64,000 bases of DNA, taken from contig NC_043018.1 in assembly GCF_006345805.1 (NCBI RefSeq), forward strand, positions 9,362,001 to 9,426,000, in the 5' to 3' direction. Positions 1 to 12,240 of this stretch are shown in pieces (position 1 is the stretch's first letter; each line of letters opens with the position of its first letter). This stretch comes from Octopus sinensis (taxonomy: Eukaryota). Both the position numbers and the translations under genes were made by a program. The notes beneath the pieces were generated by a model. That model searched no databases, was not told the DNA's origin, and worked only from the letters and a program-made list of their open reading frames with translations.

Positions 1-178
1 GAGATAACTCCAATAAGATTATCGAAATCTATTTATTTATTTTACATCTGGCCCCAAATGTATTGCCTTTACCTTTTATCTTGTCTCAGTCAATTGACTG
101 CAGCCATGCTGGAGCACTGCCTTGGAGGGTTTTAGTCGAACAAGTCGACCCCAGGATTTATTCTTTGTAAGTCTAGTA

Positions 179-479
179 CAGTGGTTCCCAAACTTTTTTT
201 GACACCCAGACCACATTCCCAGCGCCCTCGCCCCCAACTGACCCTCACAAACATAGACCCTTTTCTGAAACAAATTCAAAGCAACTGTATTTCACAAATA
301 AAACTTAACCTAACGAACCCATAATTTTGTTGCTTTTACATGAATCACTACCCCCATTATTGCTCCCACTTCTTACATGAATCGCTCCCCTATTATCACC
401 CCACTTTCCTTCAATGTCCCTTTGGAACTTTTCACCCCACCCCCAGTTGGGGCAATACCGCCCACTTTGGGAACCACTG
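179..479. mobile_element. hAT (Charlie-like) MITE inserted in a SINE
   Basis: TIRs CAGTGGTTCCCAAA / TTTGGGAACCACTG. Left flank GTCTAGTA resembles the Charlie NTCTAGAN target; the right TSD is not retained. Confidence 0.7.
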
Positions 480-1148
480 ACTTATTCCATCGACCTCTTT
501 TGCCGAACCACTAGGTTACGGAGACATAAACACACCAATACCAGTTGAGATGTGGTGGTGGGGGACAAACACAGACACAAAAGACACACACAAATACATG
601 ATGGGCTTCTTTCAGTTTCCATCAAATAAGTACCAGTTACGCACAGGGGTCGATGTAATCGACTTAATCTGTTTGTCTGTCCTTGTTTTCCCTCTCTGAG
701 TTTAGCCCCTTGAGGGCAATAAAGAAATAGGTAATGCTATTGTAAGCAAATAGGGATACAAAAGAGTATTTGAAGCCACCAACAATCTGTAAATATATTG
801 GATTTAAGTATTATTTCAAAGAGAAAGGTCTGAGGCCTGCTGAGAACACTTTGTGGATCCATTTGTAGGTCAGAGCCCACCTGTTGCCAACACTTGACAT
901 TGACAAGCAACGTTTTAAGTGGAGTCTAGTACAAAGCCGTAATGGCTATTTCCTCTCACAGTGAATGCGCACACGCACACACACATTCCTTGCCTCTATT
1001 CTGCCAGTTTTTATTGCTAAGTGGAGGCAGTAGGAAATGCTAAGAGAAATCTCAATTCATCACATACTCAAGAAACCATTTCCATCTGCAAAACTAACAG
1101 ATGCACTTTTTTTCTTTTTACTTCTGTTTTTTTTTTTTTTTTTGACAG

Positions 1149-1235
1149 ATCTCAATTCATATTTGTCCCTTCTACACTCTGTCTTCACCTGGGATGAAGC
1201 AGCAGATGTCATCATTGCTAAATGCAGAAAAGCAG
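1149..1235 (+). CDS. Candidate internal coding exon of an unidentified gene entering from the left
   Basis: Long T-rich tract + gacag| acceptor and AG|GTGTGC donor. The 87-nt phase 1-1 exon reads (D)LNSYLSLLHSVFTWDEAADVIIAKCRKA(G). Confidence 0.45.
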
Positions 1236-1874
1236 GTGTGCTGGTACATTTGTTCAAGCTTTCAAAGAATTGCTTAGTGGCATCTCTTCCAGTGCTTTAC
1301 ATTCTGAGTTCAAATCTTGTTGAGGTTAACTTTGCTTTACATCCTTTTGGAATCAATAAACTTTGTACCGGGCAAGTATTGGTCCCCTCTTCTCAAATCT
1401 GCTGACCTTGTGCCAAAATTTGAAACTGTCTTTACAAGGTGGAGGAGAAGATGATTCAAATCTGGTAATGAATTTGACAAGAAATGTTTTATTTGGGTGT
1501 AAGCAGGCACCACCTATGGCCTTTTATTTTTAAAGGTTATCTGAGGCTAGTTGGAGGAAAGGAGGAAGTTATTCTTAAACTGGAAACCTAACCTGAATAT
1601 GTCCAGTACATCAGGCATCTCCAACTACTCGGTCGCATAGAATGAGTAAATTTATAAATTTTATTTCTGTTTTATCAACTGTTGTAGTCTGCAGGGTGTC
1701 TTTGCATAATATATTTATATTATATATGTAATAATTAAATCATATATTATGCTCTTTATTGAGTTTTATTATGTATGTGATTCCTTGGTCCATGGTACAA
1801 AAAGGTCGGGCACTGCTGTAATGGAGTGAACTCAACTTATGTTACCCAAGGACTGAATGGTGGTCAGTCTAGAC

Positions 1875-2180
1875 CAGTGGGTATCAACATTTTTAATATC
1901 CAGGCTAAATCCAAAACCTGGATTTTTTAAGGGAGCTGCACCCAAAAACAGTAAAATGTATGTCAATTAAAGAAAAATTTATTATATTTCCCATACGGGA
2001 CTGTCACGTTAAATTGACAGTATACAACCATTCTATCGCTCCACCATCGTACATATCTCTATGAAATATTTAGAAATTTAATATTTCTGATTATTATATT
2101 TATAGAAAGAAAACTGTCAAGGGCTGCCAGAAGGATGCTTGAGAGATGGATGTGGCCCTTGGAGCTGCAGATAACCACTG
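1875..2180. mobile_element. hAT (Charlie-like) MITE
   Basis: CAGTGG...CCACTG termini with 8-bp TSD GTCTAGAC / GCCTAGAC. Confidence 0.75.
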
Positions 2181-2787
2181 GCCTAGACATTACTGAATAG
2201 TGTCTGTATTTCCACTTTCAGTTTATCACAATATGCAGGCCATATCCAAAACTTGGACATTGGAGGGAGAGGGGGCTGCCCCAAAATGTAAAACACAAAT
2301 AGATTAAAGAAAAATTTATAGAGTGAAGAATATCAAGGGCTGCCAGAACGATGCCTGGTGATTGCATGCAGCCCTGGGAGCTGCAAATGAGAACTGCTGG
2401 CCCAGGCATTACTGAACAAGGATTATATTTCCACTTTAAACTGAAAGAATGCCTCTTACAAAGACAACGCAATTTCAAAATTCCATGTTTTATTAGGATA
2501 GGTTTCCCGCTGTCACCAGATTTGTCTATTACATCACTCTTTTTCAGTTAGACATTAAAAATCTAAAAATTAACCTTGGCCACTAATTAGGACATCAGGT
2601 TTACAGAAGAATCTCTTGTTTCACTTTCATTTGGAATTCTGAGACTACAATTAATAAAAAGGAAACCTCGTGCTGTATGGGGATGGTCTATTAATAAAGT
2701 CTTTTTGTTGTTTTCACAAAAAGCCATATCACCGGAATTTTGTGACAACACAAATTATGAGAAATATTCTAGAAATAACTTCCTATA

Positions 2788-3571
2788 AGGCGGTGAGCTG
2801 GCAGAAACGTTAGCACACCGGGTGAAATGCGTAGCAGTATTTCGTCTGCCGTTACGTTCTGAGTTCAAATTCCGCCGAGGTCGACTTTGCTTTTCATCCT
2901 TTCAGGGCTGATAAATTAAGTACCAGTTATGCACTGGGGTTGATCTAATCGACTTAATCCCTTTGTCTGTCCTTGTTTGTCCTCTCTGTGTTTAGCCCCT
3001 TGTGGGTAATAAAGAAATAGGTATTGCGTCTGCCGTCGCATTCTGTGTTCAAATTCCGCCAAGGTCGACTTTGCCTTTCATCCTTTCAGGGTTGATAAAT
3101 TAAGTACCAGTTATGCACTGGGGTCGATCTAATCGACTTAATCCGTTTATCTATCCTTGTTTGTCCCCTCTATGTTTAGCCCCTTGTGGGTAATAAAGAA
3201 ACAGGTATTTCGTCTGCTGTTACATTCTGAGTTCAAATTCCACCGAGGTCGACTTTGCCTTCCATCCTTTCAGGGTCGATAAATTAAGTACCAGTTACGC
3301 ACTGGGGTCGATGTAATCAACTTAATCCGTTTGTCTGTCCTTGTTTGTCCCCTCTATGTTTAGCCCCCTGTGGGTAATAAAGAAACAGGTATTTCGTCTG
3401 CTGTTACGTTCTGAGTTCAAATTCCACCGAGGTCGACTTTGCCTTTCATTCTTTCAGGGTCGATAAATTAAGTACCAGTTATGCATTGGGGTCGATCTAA
3501 TCAACTTAATCCCTTTGTCTGTCCTTGTTCGTCCCCTTTATGTTTAGCCCCTTATGGGCAATAAATAAATA
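2788..3571 (+). mobile_element. tRNA-derived SINE (GGCGGTGAGCTGGCAGAA head, tail A): one head plus four 184-bp body units
   Basis: Units start at 2837, 3021, 3205 and 3389. Outer TSD AGAAATAAC(T/A)TCCTAT at 2771-2786 and 3572-3587. Confidence 0.9.
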
Positions 3572-4024
3572 AGAAATAACATCCTATGCAGCACCTTAAA
3601 GATGTTCATTCAAACAACGAAATATACTGTGAAATGAATAAGCACTATTTATGAAAATGCTGGTATGTGTGCGCATCCCTGGTAATTTTGTTTTTAAATA
3701 GCAAAACAGTAGAAAAACGTAGATTGCAAAGCTTAATTCAATAATGAAGAAATGACAGGTGTTATAGAACATAACTGATAACCCAGTCACCTCGCAAATT
3801 AGAGATAATGGTTTGGGTCCTGTCTGTGAACCTGGTTCATTCACCGGTCCTAAGGTTATGCTGACACTGTCTGTCATTTTATATTGGAATGTTTTTGCAG
3901 TTTATCTATAAAAGTACATGGCCATGATATTGAGGTGTCATAGGTGTGTGTGTGTTGTGTGATCATCATCATCATCATTTTAATATACACTTTTATATGC
4001 TCGCATGATCTAGATGAAATTTGT

Positions 4025-4450
4025 CGAGGGAGATTTTAATATAATAATATAATGAAATTATTGTATTCAGTGCTCAGGTGCACCACAACTTGTCAAAAAG
4101 TGCATATAAAGCATATGCAGTAATGTACAAATGTCTGGGAAGTGAACAGTGTGAGTCAGATACATGCTTGCGTGTGTATGGAGGGGAGAAAATCAGGTGT
4201 GGTGTTGGCGAATCTTAGAAAGCATGGAAGTTTTGAAGGATGCTGTGCTCCGACAACTAACAACTGATGCTGGCAGTTTGTTCCATGCTTCAGCAACTCT
4301 CAGCATAAAAAAATGTTTCCGAAAGTAATGGGAGCTGTGCTGTTTTCTGACTTTGTAAACATGTCCATGGGTGTTAGAAAAGGTGCTCAGAGTTATTGTT
4401 TGTAAGATGGTTAATAATTTTATGGGTGTCTGCCAAGTCAGCTGCCAGAC
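4025..4450 (-). mobile_element. CR1-clade LINE 3' fragment, decayed
   Basis: Reverse strand encodes, with frameshifts, LKLRRLAADL...HVYKVRKQHSSHYFRKHFFMLRVAEAWNKLPASVV..., a typical CR1 ORF2 end. Confidence 0.75.
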
Positions 4451-4904
4451 GTCGGAGTTTCAATTTTCTACAGCTGGATGCTCTTCCTGTTGCCACACTT
4501 CACTTGTTTCCATGTAAGGGTAATATTTTCCTCATGGCTGGATGTATTTTAACGGAGGATTGGAAATGAAGGACACCACTTGTATGATGGTGATGTTCAT
4601 TGGCAACTATCAGGTGATGACTTAATGGTTAGTGTATTCAGCTTACGGTTGTATGGTCATGAGTTCAATTCCAGGCAGTGCATTGTGACCTGGAGCAAGA
4701 CACTTTATTTCACATTGCTCCGGTTCACTCAGCCAGCAAAAAATGAGTTGTACCAGAAATTCAAAGGGGCCAGCCTTGTCACATTCTGTGTCATGCTGAA
4801 TCTCCCTGAGAACTACATTATGGGTCACATGTCTGTGGGGTACTCAGCCACTTGCACGTTAATTTCACAAGAAGGCTGTTCCATTGATCAGATCAACTGG
4901 AACA

Positions 4905-5219
4905 TCTTCATCATCGTTTAGCGTCCGCTTTCCATGCTAGCATGGGTTGGACGGTTCAACTGGGGTCTGGGAAGCCAGAAGGCTGCACCAGGCCCAGTCT
5001 GATCCGGCAGTGTTTCTACAGCTGGATGCCCTTCCTAACGCCAACCACTCCATGGTTGTAGTGGGTGCTTTTTACGTGCCATCTGCACAGGTGCCAGACG
5101 AGGCTGGCAAACGGCGACGATCAGATGGTGTATTTTATGTGCCACCGGCACGGAGGCCAGTCGAGGCGGTGCTGGCAACAGCCACGTTCGGATGGTTCTC
5201 TTACGTGCCATCGGCACTG
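4905..5219 (-). mobile_element. 5'-truncated RTE LINE 3' UTR copy. Further copies at about 5753-5925(-), 6939-7175(-), 9372-9560(+), 14765-15138(+), 37425-37592(+), 52075-52270(+)
   Basis: Same ...CATGCTAGCATGGAAAACGGACGTTAAAC(GAT)n end as the ORF-bearing copy at 53-55 kb. Confidence 0.85.
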
Positions 5220-5230
5220 GTAACACTCAT

Positions 5231-5421
5231 TTACATTCGATGGATATTTGTCCTCATCTTGTTTGTTAATACAACATTTCAGCTGATATACCCTCCAGCG
5301 TTCTTCAGGTGTCTTGGGGAAATTTTGAAACTGGGTTCTCATTCCAACAAACAAGATGAGGACAAATATCCATCAAATGTAAATAACGTACATAATTGCT
5401 CATCTCTTAAATATAGAACTG
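5231..5421 (-). mobile_element. Penelope-like terminal repeat remnant with an inverted copy of its 3' end
   Basis: Minus copy 5231-5345 and plus copy 5346-5421 form a ~37-bp inverted repeat. Degenerate hammerhead (CUGAAGA...GAAA) at 5268-5313. Confidence 0.7.
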
Positions 5422-6069
5422 GAACACTCATTGTTGTAACTGATAGAGTGCTAGAGAAAGAGGTCTTGTCAAAACAAAGACACACAGACAGATAAACACA
5501 AGCATACAATGAGCTTCTTTTGCTTCCATCAGTTAAATTCACAAGGTTTTGGTTAGCTCAAAGCTTATAGCAGGACACTTGCCTAAGATGCTACACAAGG
5601 GGACCGAACCTGGAACCATGTGTTTGGGAGGCAGTCTTGGGGCATTGTGGGAAGGAAGGGATCTTTTGTAATGTTTGTTCTGAGTTGTGGAATATATGTT
5701 AAAGAGATGAAAGAAAAAGAAACACAAAACCCCTCTTTACATTATTTTCTATGTCATCATCATTGTTTAACGTCCGTTTTCCATGCTAGCATGGGTTGGA
5801 CGGTTCAACTGGGGTCTGGGAAACCAGGAGGCTGCACCAGGCTCCAGTCTGATTTGGCAATGTTTCTACAGCTGGATGCCCTTCCTAATGCCAACCACTC
5901 CGTGAGTGTAGTGGGTGCTTTTTACAACACGATGCCAGTGATAAGAAATGAGGTGAGAAAAGCAGTTTCACCATGTTTGGTTGAAGTTGTGAAATGGTTG
6001 CTGTGGACTATTGCTCTGTGTCTGTCGAGAGAGTGAACCTTGCCTTCATTTGGTTTACTGATATCACAG

Positions 6070-6123
6070 GTCATCCCAGATCAATGTTTGTACGTCATGG
6101 AATGCCAGGGACATCAATGACTG
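6070..6123 (+). CDS. Candidate coding exon, phase-compatible with 1149-1235
   Basis: cacag|GT CAT CCC...ACT G|gtaaca; 54 nt, phase 1-1, reads (G)HPRSMFVRHGMPGTSMT. Confidence 0.3.
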
Positions 6124-6430
6124 GTAACAGGGTTGCAATTCTTATCAGACACATTCTCAGTTTTTATTATGATATGATTCAAAATAGTACAAAATAAACA
6201 AAAAAACAAGGGGGTGCTCAAAAGTTCCTGACTTTAAAGGTTATCATAAAAAGCCTGGTTGGAGGCCCAGTCTCCTGAGTTCTTTTACGGGGCTTAGGAA
6301 AATTGAAGAACCACTGCAATAAGTGTGAGAATCTGAGAGGGGAATATCATTAACTGATCCCTCTGTATTTTCTTTTACTCAAAGCCAGGAACTTCTCAGC
6401 AACCCTTCGTATATGTGTGTTTGTGTGTAG

Positions 6431-6504
6431 AAACTTCCCCAAGTGAAAATGAAACTGTCCAGGTTGATTTTAAAAGCTTCCACAGCATACGAGAAGTGAT
6501 GTAA
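6431..6504 (+). CDS. Candidate terminal coding exon
   Basis: tttgtgtgtag|AA ACT TCC...ATG TAA, phase 1, reads (E)TSPSENETVQVDFKSFHSIREVM*. AATAAA near 7250. Confidence 0.2.
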
Positions 6505-7582
6505 CTGAAATTGAACCAAAATCACTTAAAACTTCAGTCTGCCGGAAGCTTTTTGTCCCCGGCCACTTCTAAATCAGGAAATGAGTCATTGAAATACACA
6601 GTTAGTCATGGTTACAAAGGTTGATTCAATAACAGATTAGACTGACGCCGTTTTATCTATTAATAACTCTGTTACAAATAGCATTTGTTGTCCACAAGAT
6701 AACAGGTTTCACAAGAGAAATGGTTATTATCTTCCAGACATCTTCATAAGTTTTAAAGTACCCAATGATTTCCTGTTCACTTGGTACAGAAGGAACTTCT
6801 TGTTCAGTTTTATCTATGGGCACAGAGGTGCAGCTAAGAAGTTTGCTTCTCAACCATGTAGTTTTGTGTTCGTTCCCACAGCATGGTACCTTGAGCAAGT
6901 GTCTTCTACTATGGTCTTGGGCCAGCCAAAGCTATCATCATCACTTAACGTCCGCTTTCCATGCTAGCATGGGTTGGATGATTTGACTGAGGTCTGGCGA
7001 ACCAGACTCCAATCTGATCTGGCAGAGTTTCTACAGCTGGATACCCTTCCTAATGCCAACCACTCTGAGAGTGTATTGGGTGCTTTTACATGCCACCGGC
7101 ACAAGGACCAGTTTGGTGGTACTGGCAACGGCCACACCCAAATGGTGCTTTTTACGTGCCACCTGCACTGGCGACGACCTCGCTCGAATATTTCACATGC
7201 TGAATTTTGTAGGCAGAAACTTGAAGAAGCCCATTGTGTGTTATTATAAATAAACAATAAAGACAGAGTAATTGGCTTATATACTCTTTTACTTGTTTCA
7301 GTCATTTGACTGTGACCATGCTAGAGCACTGCCTTTAGTTGAGCAAATTGACTAAAGGACTTATTCTTTGTAAGCCTAATACTTATTCTATTGGACTGAG
7401 TGTGTTCATGGAAATTTGGTTGCTTTTTCTTGTAAATCAACCAACAGCATAGAGGTTTCATTTTGGTTTATCTCGTGCTTTGTCACAATGATTTAGCAAA
7501 ATTACCCACAGGCATCATTTATATAAAGAAAATATAAGTCACGCTACAGCTGTCATATTTAACATAATGAGGAAACCAAATA

Positions 7583-7848
7583 TCTATATATATATATATA
7601 TGAGAGTATGATAGAGGAAGGCCAACTCTTCCTTCCGTAGAAGAAAAAATTCAAATCGGACCATGCTAACACCAAAAATTATTTACATCAAAAAGGTGCC
7701 TTTTTTCTATGAAAATCCCTGTTTTTTACAATGTTTTGACTGCTGTGTCGTCATTTTTCGGTGTATTACAGACTGCCAAATTTTTACTTTTCAAAAATTC
7801 CAATTCTAAAGGGTCGAAACAAACCACAACGCCGGGCGAAACTGTTAG
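7583..7848 (+). mobile_element. Non-autonomous Helitron-like element
   Basis: Starts A^TCTATATAT, ends in a GC hairpin + TTAG^T; shares its 3' half with 50609-51014. Confidence 0.6.
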
Positions 7849-8701
7849 TATTTAACAATACTTAAGCTGTAAGGAGAATAAAACATTCGTACTATGGTTA
7901 ATATTAATTTGACTGAAAGCCTCTTAAGCATAGCATACTAATTAAGGAAGCAGTGCTTTTATGCCTGCACCCAATAAAGTTGATGGTTTTTCACATATAT
8001 CCTTCTTCTGCACAAGTCACATCCAGCTATGATCAAATGACAGTGCAGTGGACGTGTGTGTGTGTGTGTGTGTAATTTTATTCTTGTACTTGTTTCAGTC
8101 ATTTGACTGTGGCCATACTGGGGCACTGCCTTAAGGGTTTTTTTAGTCAAAGAAATCAACCCTAGAACCTTATTCTTTGTAAGCTTAGTACTTATTCTAT
8201 GTCCCTTTTGCTGAACTGCTAGTTGCAGGGACGTAAACACACCAACATTGGTTGTTAAGTGATGGCTGGGGGGGGGGGCAAACATAGACACACAAGCATA
8301 AATATATATATATGTATTTTTCAGTTTCCATCTATCAAATCCACTCACAAGGCTTTGGTTAGCTTGAGGCTATAGTAGAAGACACTTGCCCAAGGTGCCA
8401 TGGAGTGTGATTGAACCCAGAACCATGTGGTTCATAAGCAAGCTTCATGCCACACAGCTGCGTCTGTGCCCACAAATATATCTTTTATCTTTTACTTGTT
8501 TCAGTCATTTGACTGCGGCCATGCTGGGGCACTGCCTTGGAAATTTTTTTTAGTTGAATGAACTAACCCCAGCACTTATTATTTTAGCCTGGTACTTATT
8601 CTATTGGTAGCTTTTGCTGAACTGCTAAGTTGCAGAAAAACAAACACACCAACACTGGTTATCAAGTGGTGGTGGTGGGGGGGACAAACACGTGTGTGTA
8701 T

Positions 8702-9075
8702 ATTCTTATACTTGTTTGTCCTTTGACTGCAGCCATGCTGGAGCACTGCCTTTAGTCAAGCAAATTGACCCCAGGACTTATTCTTTGTAAGCCTAGTACT
8801 TATTCTATTGGTCTCTTTTGCTGAACCGCTAAGTTACGGGGACATAAACACACCAGCATTGGATGTCAAGTGATGTTGGGGGGACAAACACAGAAACACA
8901 CACATACATATATATAATGGGTTTCTTTCAGTTTCTGTCTACCAAATCCACTCACAAGGCTTTGGTCGGCCCAAGGTTATATAGAAGGCACTTGCCCAAG
9001 GTTCCATGCAGTGGGACTGAACCCGGAACCATGTGGTTGGTAAGCAAGCTACTTACCACACAGCCACTCCTACGC
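8702..9075 (-). mobile_element. ~400-bp tRNA-derived SINE (GGCGTAGGAGTGGCT head, CORE-like GCACCTTGGGCAAGTGTC). Other copies at about 19756-20150(-), 20160-20570(-), 32023-32430(+), 46861-47268(+), 57243-57632(-), plus many fragments
   Basis: A/B-box-like head, internal (TA)n(TG)n tract, ...GACTGAAACAAGTAAAAGAG 3' end, repeated many times across the window. Confidence 0.85.
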
Positions 9076-9701
9076 ATTATTCATTATTTTACATCATTTC
9101 ATGTCTATTTTCCCATACTTGCATGATGAAAATATGTTGGGAAAGAGCTTTCTAAGGCTGGATGCCAACCCTCACCCATTTCCGAGTGAGGCAATAATCT
9201 TCCAGTCTACTGAACTGTCTGAACATGCTTATGTGGAGAACTGGAAACAAACACTGAAATGTGGTTTCTGTATATAAAGATTACACATGTCAAGACTATA
9301 TTGGATATTCTTTCATAGTGGACTGCAAGTTGTTAGATTGTAAAAATGGTTTTCTCTAAATTTTATCAGTGCCAGTGGCACGTAAAAAGCACCCACTACA
9401 CTCACGGAGTGGTTGGTGTTAGGAAGGGCATCCAGCTGTAGAAACACTGTCAGATCAGACTGGGCCTGGTGCAGCCTCCTGGCTTCCCAGACCCCAGTCG
9501 AACCATCCAACCCATGCTAGCATGGAAAACGGACGTTAAACGATGATGATGATGATGATAGTCCACATTAACACGAAACAAGGTTGAGCCATTGCAGGGT
9601 AACCTTGAAAAGAAATCCTACAATGACCAACAAAGCAGAGATATCTTCAAGCAAATAACAAGGAAGAAAAAAACGAACATTTTGTACAATTTTATAGCTT
9701 T

Positions 9702-9840
9702 TTAAAATTCCATTATTTCAGAATCTGGCTTCAATGGTTGTGTTTCAACATGAACAGTCTTTGGGGCAATATAGGAACCCATACCAGCTGCTCTTTCAGC
9801 TTCTGCTTGACTGTAAGGTTCGGTTTTCAATTCCTTAATT
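9702..9840 (-). CDS. ZNF593: ZNF593 coding exon 3 (terminal)
   Basis: ttttatttgcag|A ATT AAG...; reads [27 protein letters not shown]...MEF*, the conserved [14 protein letters not shown] motif. The three exons total 402 nt = 133 aa plus stop. Confidence 0.95.
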
Positions 9841-9972
9841 CTGCAAATAAAATAAAAAAACAAAAGCTTCAATAAAAATATAGTGAGAGACTTCAACTGA
9901 GCCCCACCACCACCACCTTTCCTTATACTATCAGTATTCTATTGAAGCAGAAAGTAACCCTGAACCCTTTAA

Positions 9973-10191
9973 CCCTTTAGTATTTAAACCAGCCATATCC
10001 GGCCAAAATAGTTAATCTGTTTTATGTTCAAACTGACCAGATCCAGGCTCTCACACCTACCCTACAATGTTATTCTACATTAAGTAATTACACCATCAAG
10101 CTCTTGAAGATATGAGATAATGCATGATTAATTCAAATCAATGGGAATCAATAAGCATTATGTTTGATAGAATAATCTGAACACTAAAGGG
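9973..10191. mobile_element. piggyBac-type MITE
   Basis: TTAA-CCCTTTAG...CTAAAGGG-TTAA. Related fragments at about 11.1, 14.0, 35.4 and 35.6-36.0 kb. Confidence 0.8.
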
Positions 10192-10277
10192 TTAAGGGAC
10201 AACGATTAATAATAAACAATAAATTACTGCTATGCAGAAAACTAAATTCTCTTAAAAAGCAGACTGCACTTTACATT

Positions 10278-10737
10278 CAGATAACTCCGAACATGGCCGT
10301 TGCCAGCGCCGCCCGACTGGCCTCTGTGACATAAAAAGCACCATCCGATCGTGGCTGTTGCCAGCCTCCGTGCCGGTGGCACGTAAAAAGCACCATCCGA
10401 TCATGGCTGTTTTCCAGCCTCGTCTGGCACCTGAGCTGGTGGCACGTAAACAGCACCATCCGATCATGGCTGTTTTCCAGCCTCGTCTGGCACCTGTGCT
10501 GGTGGCACGTAAACAGCACCATCCGATCATGGCTGTTTTCCAGCCTCGTCTGGCACCTGTGCTGGTGGCACATAAAAAGCACCCACTACACTCTCGGAGT
10601 GGTTGGCGTTAGGAAGGGCATCCAGCTGTAGAAACACTGCCAGATCAGACTGGGCCTGGTGCAGCCTTCTGGCTTCCCAGACCCCAGTTGAACCGTCCAA
10701 CCCATGCTAGCATGGAAAGCGGACGCTAAACGATGAA
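10278..10737 (+). mobile_element. RTE 3' UTR copy with three tandem 63-bp repeats
   Basis: GGTGGCAC... units start at 10375, 10438 and 10501; these produce the repetitive ORFs in the track. Confidence 0.85.
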
Positions 10738-10930
10738 ACAATGTCTATTTATTCACTTTGTTTTGGATTATCATCATCATTTAACGTCTGTGGTCCATGC
10801 TGGCATGGGTTGGATGGTTTGACCAGAGACGGTAAGCTGAGGAGCTGCACTAGGCTCCAGTCTGATTTGGCATGGTTTCTATGGCTGGATGCCCTTCCTA
10901 ACACCAAGCACTTTACAGAGTGAGCCCTGC

Positions 10931-11095
10931 ACAGGTGCTTTTACATCACACCACATGAGTACTTTTATGTGGCACCACACGGACACTTTTACGTGGCACT
11001 CCACAAGTACTTTTACGTGACACTGCACAGCTACTTTGTGACACTGCACAGGCACTTTTACGCGACACCGCACAAGTGCTTTTACATGGCATTGC
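10931..11095. repeat. ~24-bp minisatellite, about 7 units
   Basis: ACA(G/A)GT(G/A)CTTTTACGTG(G/A)CACYRC-like units, related to the RTE 3' UTR GTGCTTTTACGTGCCA motif. Confidence 0.8.
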
Positions 11096-11835
11096 ATGGC
11101 TTTGAGATTTCAAATGATGTGATTGTTTATTTTTAGAATGATATTGCAGGGTGTGTTGAGAGGCCAGATTTAACCAGGTTGAACACAGGAACAGAATACT
11201 GGGCCAGATAGGGTGATTTAAATGCTAAAGATCTGTCCTCACTCAAGGTCTTCACCAACAATATTCAATCAGAAGGGATATATTGTGTATTAATTCTCCT
11301 GCAGTCCTATGGAGAAGAGGCAATTAATAACGATTTTCCCACAATTCTCTTTCCTAGCAGCTCCCTTTCACATTTTGCTGCACCACACCATATGTTTCCC
11401 CGAGGAAAGATTTTCCTCCTAATTATTCTTGGTTTTGATTGTCATCAATGCTTCTGTACCTTTGATTTTTTTTTTCCAGGGAGAGGTGTTGGCACTATGC
11501 AAATCCATTTTTACCTCTGGGTAGAGTGGTCCATATACGACTAGTGACCTGTCCAGATGGGAGGCCCCTACCAGGAACTTGCACTTTGGTGGCATAGCAA
11601 GCAACAACACTGCAACAAGGACAGCACCTTCTGATAGATTATGAATTGTTTAGTTCATATGAATTGAAATCTACAATGAAATGAGATAGACGAATCTACG
11701 TCCCACATTTATGAAGAGGTAATGAATCTGTAAATTGTGGGCTCAGCATTAAGAGCCCCTCATGCCAATACAAGTAAACACAGGGAGTTAAAACACAAAA
11801 CTGACATTGCAAAAAACAAACAGTAAAGTACTGTT

Positions 11836-12240
11836 GGATATTTTCGGTTTGAGCGGCAGTTTTTTTTAATAATTTCCACGTAACTAAACACTTTAAACTT
11901 CGTATACTGGTAGAATGTGTTTATAAAACATCTTTTTCTCTTGGCTTTATTGAGAAAATTCTATAGTTTGTAAGATATTTGTTGTTGTTGTTTCTTCAAT
12001 TTCTGCAATTTCAACCAATCACTGACGTCCATTGAGGTGAAAACATTCTGTGCCGTATGAATATGTCCCTCGTTTAAGAAACAGATTGGGTTTATTTACA
12101 TTTGTGAAGAAAAAAAGATACCCTTCCCCCCACCCCTAAAACAGATTGAAATGCAATAGATCGATACTAGGGTCATAATTATGGGTGACAATTTCATATG
12201 ACACCGCTAGAAAAAACTGCCGTTCAAACCGAAAAGATCC
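11836..12240 (+). mobile_element. GGATCTTTTCGG-TIR MITE (probable Merlin type)
   Basis: ~28-bp TIRs and a perfect 8-bp TSD GTACTGTT (11828-11835, 12241-12248). Confidence 0.85.

Noticed and set aside
2788-3571. Regularly spaced repeats suggesting a CRISPR array or retrozyme
   Set aside because: No unique spacers, eukaryotic context, and no hammerhead core found in the 184-bp unit.
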